Origin: Utricularia gibba
Taxonomy: Eukaryota > Plantae > Magnoliophyta
DNA length: 64,000 nucleotides
Direction of reading: 5' to 3'
Assembly: GCA_002189035.1 (NCBI GenBank)
Contig: NEEC01000016.1
Coordinates: 2,418,001-2,482,000, forward strand
The notes below the pieces were generated by a model. It was not told the DNA's origin, did no database searches, and was given only the letters and a program-made list of their open reading frames with translations. The translations under genes and the position numbers were made by a program. Positions 51,498 through 63,563 of this stretch are shown one piece after another (position 1 is the stretch's first letter; every line of letters starts with the position of its first letter).

Positions 51498-52468
51498 AGT
51501 GAGTTTGGGTGCCTCCTGCCCTCTTTCGTATTATTATTGTTTCTTCAGGGGAAAAACATAACGAAAGAAAACACAGATACACACACAGGCTCTAATCGTA
51601 GTTCTCATCTTCTCTCCCGTCTCGTCTTTGCAGTGGGAAGTGAAGGAGGCGAAGAGGCTGCAGTGAAGCTGGTGGGCGAGGTCCCTTTCCCTTCCCAGCT
51701 CACCCTCACCTCCAACCCTTTGCGCTTGCTGGGTCACGGTAAGTCAAGTCGTATGAACTAGATAGCTAGCTGGCTGCTGCAATATTGACTGTCTGTGATT
51801 GATTTCTATTTCTCATCTTTATGGACCTAGGGATCACTGAAATCGAGATACACTTCCTCCAGATAAAACTCACCGCCATCGGAATTTACCTTGACCCCCT
51901 CATCCTGACGCAATTACAGAGGTGGAAGGGCAAATCAGGGGGGATCTTGCCCGGGAAGATGAATTCTTCGATGATGTGATCGCCGCGGGCGTGGAGAAAC
52001 TGGTCAGGGTGGTTGTGATAAAGGAGATTAAGGGAGCTCAGTACGGGCTGCAGCTGGAGACTGCGGTTAGGGATCGTTTGGCTGATGAGGATAAGTTCGA
52101 AGAAGAAGAGGAAGAGGGTTTGGAGAAGGTAGCCCAATTCTTTCAGTCCAAGTACTTAAAGAAGGACTCCTTCTTCACCTTCCATTTCACTCCTGGGAGT
52201 TCCTCCCCTCTTGAGGTTAGCCGGCCGGCCCTAAGGCTGAATCCTCCTCCGATTCACAATAATAATATCTTTATTTTGATGCTGCCTCCCTCTTGTGCGT
52301 GCGTAGATTGCCCTGGGGACAGAGGGAAAAGAGGAGTCCAGGCTTCAAGTGCAGAATAGTAACGTGGCGGAGGCGATTCAGAAATGGTACTTGAGCGGAA
52401 GCCGGGCGACCTCCGCCGCCGCCATCTCATCCTTGTCAGAGCATCTTGCTGGAGAGTTGTCCAAGTGA
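51498..52468 (+). CDS. CHIL: Chalcone isomerase-like protein (type IV CHI); ATG apparently split by intron 1; apparent 1-bp frameshift at 51938-51943
   Basis: [43 protein letters not shown]...[51 protein letters not shown]...QKWYLSGSR. Confidence 0.92.
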
Positions 52469-52775
52469 ATTGAAGCCGGCAGTTGGACGTCGCATTTACG
52501 TTGTGCCTTTGCCTTGAATGTGGGATGCAATGCAATAATGATTGCCTCGTCACTATTGAATATAAATATGCGCAACACCAAATGAATAATTGTCATATCC
52601 ATATAATATAATAGAAAAGAATATAAATGGGATGGGAGTGCGCGTCCCACCCTACTGAAAAAATATTACGCTGGGCCGGTGGCCGCTCGAAGCCTGGGCC
52701 TGGCCTGACCTTTCCTTACACGTAGCATACATAGTATACTTCCAACAAACGCTGCTCTCCCATCTCAGTTTCAGG

Positions 52776-54129
52776 ATGGCTCTCCGATCGCTTCTCGCCG
52801 GAAAGACTGTGAGAGCCTCGTCCTTGATTTTGGGTGCCCGAGGGCTACAAACCTTCTCGCTGCCTGACCTTCCATATGACTACGGCGCCCTAGAGCCAGT
52901 CATTAGCGCCGAAATCATGCAACTCCACCACCAGAAGCATCACCAGGCTTACATAACGAATTACAACAAGGCTCTGGAGCAGCTCGATGCTGCGATATCC
53001 GGAGGGGACGTCTCCACCGCCGTCAAGCTGCAGAGCGCTATCAAATTCAATGGAGGAGGTTGGCCCTAGGCAATCTTGTTCTCCCTTTGTTTTTTTTTTC
53101 TTTTTTTAATTTATGTCATGTATTGGATGGAATTTCTTGAAATTGGGACTGTGTTTGATATGTTTGAATTGGATATTTAGGAGGTATGCAGAGCGTTTCG
53201 ATGCATATCGTTTTTGAAGACGGGACTCTTGTTTTCCTTTGCAACTTCTTTCCTAATTCTAGTTTAGTTTAATCTTCAAAGTTGTTTGGAGTATGTGAGA
53301 TGCGAATATACCAGAAGAATATGCAACGATATCTCAAGTCTTTTTACGGTCTTGTGGTTCAACTTGCTTTGTTCTTTTAACAGGTCATATTAACCACTCC
53401 ATTTTCTGGAAGAACCTTGCGCCTGTGCAAGTGAGAAATGATCTTCCTCAGAAGTTTATTTACAAAAACAGTGTAAGTTTTCCGACATAATTGGTATTTC
53501 ATCCGCAGGAAGGAGGAGGGGACCCTCCTAAGGGTTCCTTAGGTTGGGCTATTGACGAGGATTTTGGCTCCTTCGAAGCGCTGATTCAGAAGATTAATGC
53601 AGCGGGGGCTGCATTACAGGGATCTGGATGGGTGGTAAGATTGCAATTAACCTTTTTCTTCGCACCGGCTTGTAGCTCATCTCATATGCTGGCAATTTCT
53701 AGTGGTTGGGGCTGGATAAGGAATTGAAGCACTTGCTGGTCGACACAACTGCAAATCAGGTTAGATGCAGAATCTTAGCTCACAAACCGCAACAACAATG
53801 TTCAGGAACATAAATGCCAACTTCTTTTTTTCTTTTGATGTCATAAACTATCGTACACTTTCGCCATCTTTTGGCGCAGGATCCTCTTGTTACCAAAGGG
53901 CCAAATTTGGTACCGTTGCTGGGGATCGATGTGTGGGAGCATGCATACTACTTGCAGGTAGCTTGTTGGTCATTTGTGAGTCACCGTTCGTCCACATTTA
54001 CGTATTTGGTTGTGATTGCAGTATAAGAATGCTCGACCTGACTACCTGAAGAATATATGGAAGGTCATCAACTGGAAATATGTTGGTGATGTTTACGAAA
54101 GGGAATCTGGAGTCCACTCGAGCAGGTAA
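52776..54129 (+). CDS. MSD1: Mitochondrial manganese superoxide dismutase, 6 exons
   Basis: Transit peptide then [15 protein letters not shown]...HHQKHHQAY...[13 protein letters not shown]...QGSGWVW...[13 protein letters not shown]...WKVINW. Confidence 0.96.
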
Positions 54130-55099
54130 ACATGTTGGGTTTGATGGGTATGTACTGGTTTGAGTGAGAACTCGAACGAGTGGACGAAGTTGTTAAAGTT
54201 GCTTTGCTTTCCATGTACTCGCTGAGATGAAATAAATGCCACTTTTGGTGTCCATGAACATAGAACCATGCAGCCTTCCGCTGATGCGTGATAAGATTCC
54301 TGATCTGATGCTCTAAAGAAGTTTCATCTTCCCGTATTCTCAAGACCCAGGTCTTTTTTCTGCTGGGCAATGTGGTTATGTGGAATTGACAGTCCACATC
54401 TGGTTTTTTTGTTGCCTCGGATGAGATTAGAGTGGTTTGGAGATGCGTTTTTGTGAAGTTTTACACTGCAGCTTCTGAAGTTGCTTCAGGCCACGGCTGC
54501 CAGTCTACATTAAGCCACAAACGTGCGGGGAGAAACTTTGTTGATTGAATATGGATGTGTACACCTTGAGGAACGCATATCCTTTGCATGGATACGTTCT
54601 CAAAAGCCAAAGCCTATTTGGTATGGCATGAAATGGAGCAGGTTGAAGTTGACCAGGTCAGCATCCGTTGAAGGATTTCAAGATTTGAGCAGCATGCGAT
54701 TGCTTACTTTCCAGCCTGAGCCAGGAATCAGGCAGTCCACGAGTCGTATGTTTCTCTCCTAAACCCTCATCTTGTGAGTACAATTTCCCGGTTTGGAATT
54801 TATTTACGCATCAGAAATTGGAATAAGAACATGATCCTGCCGTTAGCATACATAATCAAGATCAACAGGCACATATAATGTGTGATGATTGGTAGTTGGC
54901 ACCCTGTTACAAATATGAAAAGATCAATTTACTTCTTGTAACTCCCTCATTTATTTACAATATCGACCATCATTTTTGTAGATTTTATGCCATGTTATCA
55001 GAGGTTCGAATCTAAGGCAATATTTTCTTTTCAAAATTCAAAACATCTCTCTCCCCTTTAGCTTCTTCGCCGTTCATAATGGAAGATCATATCAGTTAT

Positions 55100-55520
55100 G
55101 GCAAAAATGGTTGCACCAGCGCCTACTTCTCCCTACTATATATCTCACCTGCAAACAACCATCTAACATGGGGAAGATCCTCCAACACTTTGCAAATCAA
55201 TTCTAAACAAGCTAGGGATTGTGAATGGGCAAATCCAGCCACCAGCAAGTGAAAGTCCAGATTTTGCCAATTGTAGTCGGTGTAATGACATGATTGTCTC
55301 ATGGATTCACTAAACAACGCATGGGTATGTGAGATCTATCATGAACTAGGAATGTTGCAGCAAGCAAATCTTATCATGGACGAATACTTTGGAAAGCTCA
55401 CAACCCTAGGCTGAACTTGAGTACGTGGCCCACGTTGAGAAGGACAAGCCTTACAAATTTATCAATTCTTTAACTGGGCAATACAAAGCTATAAGGAGCA
55501 ATCTACTAATAAACGAAGTA
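55100..55520 (+). pseudogene. Ty1/copia gag remnant
   Basis: SPYYISPAN...LNKLGIVNGQIQPPASESPDFANCSRCNDMIVSWIH resembles the copia gag N-terminus; frameshifted. Confidence 0.6.
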
Positions 55521-55959
55521 TTTCTCACTCTTGATCAAGCTTTTAGGCCTCGTTTCTTAGATGGGTTTAGCCCTCTAAACCCTTGGGTAAAAAGTGTTGT
55601 ATGTGTTTGTTATGGTGGTTTAGTAAAACACAAGGGTTTGTATTATCCTGAAATAAACCTATAGTTGATGGTATGTGTATTTTTTTTTCATCTTCTTTAA
55701 CACAAATCCGTTGAGTTTTTACAGGTACATGGTGAGTGAGTTTGAATTCTGATATTTCGATGAAAACCCATACTTCAATTTAAGCCAAGAGTTCTTATTT
55801 TTTGTTTTGCATATGATGGAGTCAGATGATTTATTGAGGTTGTTGCAATGGTTTCAAAGGAGATTATTTTGGCTGCCCTTGCTACGGCACATTGTGTTGG
55901 TCACCACCTATGTGTTATGCGAATTATGATTGTTATAATGTTGCATTTATGTTGCAGAT

Positions 55960-57468
55960 GTCTTCAATAAGTTATGCTATGTTCTTCAAAGTAATGGTAA
56001 ACTAATCACTTCAAGGTATCTCGATGTTCTAGAGTAGGTTGCATTGTTTTTGGTATTTTATGTCATCACACACGGCTTTGCATATGTAAACAAGGCAACC
56101 AAATTTCGACTTCATGTTAAGCATGAGGACAGTGTCTAAATATTTCAATGTGGTATTATCGACGGTGCTGTCATTGCATCAAAATTTACTTAAGACACCT
56201 ATGTCAATTGATGTTTCTGATCCTAATTCTAGCTTCAGATTTTTCGAGGTATGCAAGCAAATTTTTCATTCTAGTTGTGGATGTGCAACATGTATTCTGC
56301 TTGTTGTAACTGATAACACACAAATTTTCATGTTTTAGGATAAGAAAAATCATAGATTTTAATTATGTTTAAGTGTTAATTTTATGGTTTTAAGTATTTT
56401 TATTTGATTAGGTAAAATATGATTTTTGGTGTGATTAGTGGGCTAAATCCTATGATTTAACCCACCCCATGTCTAACCCGATTTTGGAGTCTAGCAGCAG
56501 CCCAAGAATCAAGGAAAAATCTGGATTTCATGCAAGTCACCAGGCTGCAGGGGGGCAATGAGTACACTGTCACGGCGGCAGTCTGCAAGTTAGGGCATGG
56601 AGTAGCAGATCTGTCAGAAAATGTACTTGCCTTAGGTAGTGGGAGGTAAGAGAAAAGATGAGGAGAGAGAGTCACAAAAGGAGATTTTTTTTTTCACTCT
56701 GAATTTAGAGAGAAGGAAAGAACACACGAGGGGGCCTCTCCCTCAACCCAACTCGAACACGGAGAAACTGAAGGAGAAGAAAGAAGAAAAGGGATTTCTC
56801 TAGAGAAGAACCTCCAGCTTGAAGGAAGAAGATAAAGACCCAGTTCATCGCCACTGTTTCGGCCTGTGAACAGTGGTTGACGGAATCCAGAAACTTTACT
56901 ACTTTATTTTCGTTTGCTTATGTTTTTAGCTTCTGCACTAAACTTCTGCACAATGTTCTCAACATTTTCATTATTTTATGTTAGTGCCATTACATTTTAC
57001 CTTCAAAGCATGAGTAACTAAACTCTAGGATTGCCTTAAGGTGAAGCATGGTGGTGTGGGTCTAGCAAGCTTAATAAAATTGACCATTGTTCCTTAGCTC
57101 TTGTTTCTATCAAACCATGGATAGACCTAAGGAGGGGAACAAGTAGCTTTACAACTTACAATATGTAGAAGTCTATAGTTATGAGTAACTTTCATGCATT
57201 CCATTTTTTTGTAGGGCATTATTACTTGTGTGATAATGGTTACACAAATGAAGAGGGATTTCTAGCACCCTACAAGGGTGTTCAGTACCATCAAAAAGAG
57301 TGGGGTGCCGGGTCCAATGCTCCATAGAATGCAAAGGAATATTTCAATATGCAGCATGCTTCTATGAGGAATGTTATTGAGAGGGCATGGGGTCTAATGA
57401 AAATGAGGTGGGGTATTTTACGAAGTGATAGTTTTTATCCTATTAAAATACAAACTCGTATCATACTC
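55960..57468 (+). pseudogene. Harbinger DDE transposase (H2), split by LTR-D
   Basis: DVFNKLCYVLQ...MRTVSKYFNVVLSTVL and GHYYLCDNGYTNEEGFLAPYKG...FNMQHASMRNVIERAWGLMKMRWGILR. Confidence 0.88.
56311..57160 (+). mobile_element. LTR family D, 3'-truncated
   Basis: Starts TGATAACACA; homologous to the 41527 and 57469 copies. Confidence 0.8.
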
Positions 57469-58438
57469 TGATAGCACATAGTTTTTCCTATTTTTATCAT
57501 ATGAAAATCACAATTTTGAAATTATGTTTAATTGCTTATTTTATAGTTTGAAGTATTTTTATGTGACTTAGGAAAAATGTGATTTTTGTGTGTTAGTGGG
57601 CTAAATCCTTTGATTTAACCAATCACATGTTCTAATTCGATTTTGAGTTTAGCAGTAACTCGAAAATCATGGAAGAAATCAAGATGTCATGCAAGTCACT
57701 AGGCTGCAGGTGGCAGTGAGTGCACCGTTGCGGCACCAGTCTGCAACTCAGGGGCAGGAGCAGCAGAGCTGTCAGAGATTGTTCTTGCTTTGGAAAGTGT
57801 GAGACAGAGAAAAAAACGGGAGGAGAGAGAGTCGAAAAGGGGGTTCGAGCAGCAGTTTGCAGAACACACACAGGGGGGTTTTTCCCCAAACTCCAACCCG
57901 AACGATAGAGAATACTGGAAGGAGAAGGAAAAAGAAAGGCAATTTTTCTAGAGAAGAACCTCTAGCGTGAAGGAAGAAGATCAAGACCCAGTCCAGCGCT
58001 ACTGTTCAGGCTTGTGAACAGTAGCAGATGGAAACCAGAACTCTTAACATTTTTAGCTTTTGCAACCAACTTCTGCATGATGTTCTTAACATTTTTGTTG
58101 TTTTATGTTGATGCCATTACATTTTACCTACAAAATATAAGTAGCTAGGACCTTAGGGTGCCTTAAGGTGAAGTATGGTGGTGTGGACTTAGGATTCATG
58201 ATATAATGCATCATTGTTTCTTAGCTCTTGTTTCTATCAATCCATGAGTAGACCTAAGGAGGGGAACAAGTAGCTTCACAACTTAGATGCTTGATTTAGA
58301 GGTAGACCAACAAATCAAGACGGGAGCAGTAAGTGTTAGTCTGGGGTAGAACCAGTAGAATCGGGTAGACCTAGTTCTATATGCTTTGCATGCGGGTAGG
58401 CCTAATTGCAATGTTGGTGATGATATGGAGGACTAGCT
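57469..58438 (+). mobile_element. LTR family D, 3'-truncated
   Basis: Starts TGATAGCACATAG; homology to the 41527 copy stops abruptly at GACTAGCT. Confidence 0.8.
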
Positions 58439-58439
58439 T

Positions 58440-59009
58440 TCCACCACCACCATTCATATGCGAGTTGCTGGCATGTTTGGAGGTCCCGTTGTCCCACCTA
58501 ACACCCCGCTCAATCGCTCATGTGCATGGAGGAACAAATTCCTCCGGCCCTACCAGTTTTTTTTGCTGTAATTCTGTGTATTCGAAACTGGAAAACTAAT
58601 CATTTCTCGCTGAAGGGTAAGCAAGGTATTGCACTTGTGAATTCTTTTCGTAGTGGATATGATGCATGGTGGACAAGCTTCATTTGGGTGTGTCTATTGG
58701 AAGACCAACGAATTCTGACTACTCTCAGCTCCTCCAAGACAATCATATGGTCTGGTACGTATGTTTCCTACTGACACTTAGGCCACTTGTGCCACAACAT
58801 GACAACGCTGTCTTCTCGACGCCATACCAGTACACCAGTACATGGATGTACGAGATGATGCGTTAGCTGAGTGTGGAGAAATACGCATGTTCCTTGAAGG
58901 TCTACTCGGAGCAAATGATGTACCAAGTTTCATGAAGCATGCATGAATTGGACAGCCTCCGTTAGATGCTAATCACCCTCTATGGGATTATTATAAAGTA
59001 CTTGCCTGA
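58440..59009 (+). pseudogene. H2 ORF3 remnant: TRP28-like segment plus C-terminus of the FCP1/NIF-like domain
   Basis: PPPFICELLACLEVPLSHLTPRSI; MEEQIPPALPVFFAVILC...GYDAWWTSFIWVCL; ECGEIRMFLEGLLGANDVPSFMKHA*IGQPPLDANHPLWDYYKVLA*. Both parts are homologous to H3 ORF3. Confidence 0.72.
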
Positions 59010-59814
59010 AAATTCATAGCATGTAATAGTGGTTTGAATTTCGGAACATCATTATGTTACTCACTCTAATTTAATCATGGATTTGTCAATATACACTTGA
59101 TAAATTAAAATAAGTAAATATACGTTCTCAAATATTCTTATATGCATATTTATTTTAAATAATACCTTGATTTAATATCTTATATTTTTTAGATTACTTT
59201 GTTTACTGCAATGCCAAAAGAATCCGTTTGAATAATTGGATTCAAAACACCTTTTATTTATTACATGTTTTATTGATCTTGTATAATATTTATTAGTTTT
59301 TAGAAGTATAATCTTTTTATTTATTTTCTTCATAAATTTTAAATATTGACTGTACAAAAAAAATTTAAACATGTGGTAACATTCAAAATAAATGGGAACT
59401 AAAACAATCTTGAATCAAGAATTCCATGTAAAATATTACATTTTTTATAAATAGGAAATTTTTCGAAAAATTGATGCAAGTTAATGAATTTTTCTAACTG
59501 AAAATTCTTCATATCCAGATGGTATGTGAACACATAGTCATTTATGTGAACATGTAGTCATCATATATTCAATTTTCGGGAAAAAAACTAATGGAAATTT
59601 AAATATTTACACTCTTACACAAATTCGCGAAAGTCTTATTGAATAAAATTTTCTGTTTAATTTCCTTAAAATACGCATACGATGTGATCACTTAAACTTA
59701 TTGTTATTTGATATGTATATGCATTGGACATATTTTAATTTATGAAAAATTTTTAATTAAAATAGATTATTATAGAGATATAACGAACTTACATATCATA
59801 ATCTACACACACAG

Positions 59815-60190
59815 GCACTCAGTTGGAGCATTGATGTCAGGCACCGCAAATATGCATGCCTTCGAAGGGCAATCCAGTGCAGTCACTACTTGACATTGCA
59901 TGTGAGAGGTCATGTTGGGTGCCACACACATCAACACTCAGTTGGCGTATCGATGCTAGGCACTGCATGTGCATATTTGCGGTGCTTGGAAAGATAGGAT
60001 GCATGCCTCCGATGGGTAATCCAGTGCAGTCAATACTTCACATCGCATGTGAGAGGTCGAGCTGAGTGCCACACACATGCACTCAGTTGGCGCATCGATA
60101 CCAGGCACCGCATGTGCATATTTGCAGTGCCTGGAAAGATTGGATGCATGACAGGCACCGCATCCACATATTTGCGGTGACTGGAAAGGG
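59815..60190. repeat. Tandem hairpin-bearing units in H2 (about 3 units)
   Basis: CTGAGTGC-N9-GCACTCAG (60062-60086) and CCAGGCACCGCA-N10-TGCAGTGCCTGG (60101-60134), repeated. Confidence 0.85.
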
Positions 60191-60408
60191 ACGAGGCTTG
60201 CTGTTATGCTTTCTATAGGTTACACCTCTCGATAAAGATCTTTGGTTACATAAATTGAAATTAGATATCAACTACTCACAGCAAACATGTAAAGCGTAAT
60301 ATTGTCACTCAAAGTAACATGATCGTCATGATACATGGACATCATAGGTGGATATGATCAAAACAACCAAAGAAACAACAAAGGAAAAACGGAGGTGTAA
60401 CAAACATC

Positions 60409-61487
60409 TTAGACCTCTCACAATCCCATCCACCATAACCTCATGTTCTGCACTATTGCTGTCCAAAAAGAGCTGTAGCTTTATGGGGTTACTTAAGATG
60501 ACTTCAGTTACTCCTAGACACTACATTGTATTTAATTGCAATGGCATCCCTCTGATGATGTCTGCAGCAGCATTTCGACATTCCTGTAGGTCATTGGTTT
60601 CAGCAATAAGAATTTCTCCCAGTTGTACGATGGCATCATTTGTTCGCTTACTCATTTCTTTCAACTCCTCCATCAAGGTATCAAGTTCTGGACCTTGCCT
60701 TCTCTTTTTCTTCCAAGGTTCTTCACCACTGGTCGATGTAGAGTGATTATCCGTGTGGCCTCCAGGAGTCCTTCCTGATGAATGATACTCTTCATATGTA
60801 GAGGATGCATCATGTGATCGCTAGTCACCATTTTTTTCCGAGTCAACCTCCACTTCAGGATACTCAAGAAGATGCATTGGTTGATCCAAACCAGTCACAA
60901 AATCATCAGCCTGGTGTGTTGCATAGCAGCATTAGGGACACACTCTGCAAATTCTCTAGTGGCTCTATCATTACCGAAGATAATGCACCAATCTGGATAG
61001 TAAGGCTAGCGCTTAAACCGTAACAAATTGTACACCTTCTCATTATGCTGCATGTGTAATCCACAAGTGTACATAATAATCTCACAGTAACGACTTAATA
61101 AATATACATTAGAACAACAATACCTGTTTGAACTCCACCCACAAATCCTCACTAGCATCTATCATGTTTGTTGAGTTATCATAGCCGGTACCTGACTTGT
61201 TGACAAAGTCAGATAGGGTATTGTAATTTTTTTTCTAATTATGAATCTTTGATTGCATATGGGGAGTGCCTCTAATACCTGAGCTGGGACACAATTTGAG
61301 GAATGCTTTCTCTAGTGCTTGAAGGTAATTAACTTTGAATCCATTCTCTACTTTTCCACCCACCTTGAATGATATCCTTTAGAGCGTGGATCAGAAAGCG
61401 CTCATCATCAGGTTTTCACTATCTTTAGGTTTTAATGTTATCACCACTTCTTCCTCGTTTTGTTGTAGGCATGTTTGCTCCAACCAT
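60409..61487 (-). pseudogene. Harbinger Myb/SANT-like protein (H2), frameshifted
   Basis: Paralogue of 1004-1943; broken reading frames. Confidence 0.75.
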
Positions 61488-62101
61488 TTCTACAACCAAC
61501 ACGTAAGTGAACAACCCATGACAAAACCACGACACACGCATAGCTCAATATGGCACAGGAAGTATAACAACATTATATGGGTTTTAGGGGCACAATTCAC
61601 ATCCATATTACTCAAAAAACATCACATACACTAACACCCAGTCGCTCAATCTATGTGGTTAAGGTCATTCAAGGGGAAAATGAAATAAATGCCTCAAATT
61701 CGAGAAAAAAATACCAGGTGCATCACGCAATACCCAATTTTTCGGTAGATCAAACTTGCTCCCAGAGTTACCTGAGCAGAAGATCCATGATATTACATCG
61801 CAGATTGAGGGTTTCGAATTCCCCAATCTAGGAGTCTCACATTTCTATATGTGGGTTTAAAACAGGAAAATAAGATATTATATTATACATATAAAGTTAT
61901 ATTAGAGAATTCTTTTTTCCTAGTATTGAGAACTTATACATAAACCCTTCTAACTGACATACAAAATTGATAATCCCATGTAATTGAGCCCTATCTACCA
62001 AACACATACTTCATTCTAAACCATTATTTATGGGATACAATAAATTAAAATAATCTAAACCCTTTTAATTTAAACCCACCTAACAAACATGGCCTTAATT
62101 T

Positions 62102-63560
62102 TGTGATACAAGCAGAGAAACATGATGTTACACATACATCAACACCCACCTTAATTAACCCTAATCTTGTAGGTGTAGAAGAAGCAATGAAGCACAAATG
62201 CAATACCACAAACATCCATGAGGTAATGCTGAATAGGATGGAAGAAGGAAACCATAAAAAGCAAGGTGGGCCACATACTCAAGTACAAGATAGGATCGAA
62301 CAACTTTTGAAAAATATCTATTTTCATTAAGAACAACTTTTTACGATGTTACCATTGCAAACTATTATAAAAACAATGTTGTAATCAGAAACTCAGCTTT
62401 TGTGAAATAAAGAATTCTATCTTCTTCGCTCAATTCTCCTTCTCTGCTCTTCTGCCAAAATTCCCCCCTTCTACATCTTTAAGTCTTGCACTCTTCTTAA
62501 GTTCTAACAAAGTTGTATCAGAGCGATATCCTAGTGCCACATGTGAAAAACAAGATTATTACCCATGCCATGACATTCTAGCAAGAGGATGAACTTACCG
62601 CTTATCACCTGAATGTTGACTGTGAGGAGCCAACTGATAATGACACCTCTCAACAGCAGCTCCAAAGTATTACCGTAGTATGAGAAGACCTTTGTTTGGC
62701 TCAAGGATTATTTGAAGAAAAGATAGAAAGATGATGGAGTGAAAACCAAGCAGTCACATGACGATTCAAAGATTGAATGACTGGATTGAATGAAACCATG
62801 CTAACCCAACTCCATAATTTCACTCAAAAATCCACTCCCTATCTCAAGAATTCTCCATATTAGCACCGAGATCTTCATTTGTATTCTTACCCATACCACC
62901 CACAACGACAACCAGGTTAGCAATGGGCTCTAGTTTACAACCCCATGTGAACACAATGGCCTTACCTTCATTCAATAGAACAAATCCCCATGAAGACGAT
63001 TGATCATGCAATTTTTTTAATCCCAAGTGCTACCCACCTTATCGCATTCCTCGCCACCTCAAAAAAGAGTTAGAGAAACTCATTGATGAACTCTTAGCTA
63101 CCAGTTTTATACGCCAAGTAAAAGTTCATTCTCTTCACTCATTTTGTTGGTTTCAAAAAAAGATGGGGGTTGGCGAATGTGTATCAATTTTCAATACCTC
63201 AATATCATTTTGGTAAAGCATAAATTTCCCATCCTTCTCTCCAACCAAGGGGTGGCCTGACAATAGTAAAATTGATGCCATGATATCTTGGCAATAGAAA
63301 ACATAGTTAAAGAACTCCATGGTTTTCTCGGCTTGTCTGAGCAATGTCGATGCTTTATTAAAGATTATGGAATTTTAAGCTGACCCCTTACTCACCTACG
63401 CAAGAAGAATGCTTTTCACTAGACTGCTGCAGCCTTAGAATCCTTCTGATTATTAAAGTTGACACTCAGCACTACTACAGTTCTTGCCCTTCTTGATTCC
63501 TCTACAAATTCATGGTTGAAACATATGCCTACGACTACGGCAACTATAGTATCGTTATTG
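62102..63560 (+). mobile_element. Degenerate Ty3/gypsy element (LTR-like segment, PBS, RT/RH remnants)
   Basis: ...CTAACA followed by AAGTTGTATCAGAGC (decayed tRNA-Met PBS); KKELEKLIDELL, KKDGGWRMCINF and other RT fragments with stops. Confidence 0.6.
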
Positions 63561-63563
63561 TCC

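Larger units (their letters stand above)
55546..62094. mobile_element. PIF/Harbinger transposon H2 with both ends (transposase +, ORF3 +, Myb -), with internal LTR insertions and deletions
   Basis: TIRs GGCCTCGTTTCTTAG / GGCCATGTTTGTTAG (12/15); TTA TSD on both sides. Confidence 0.88.

Noticed and set aside
54100-54129. Peroxisomal targeting signal on MnSOD
   Set aside because: The C-terminal SSR is not a canonical PTS1, and the N-terminus looks mitochondrial.
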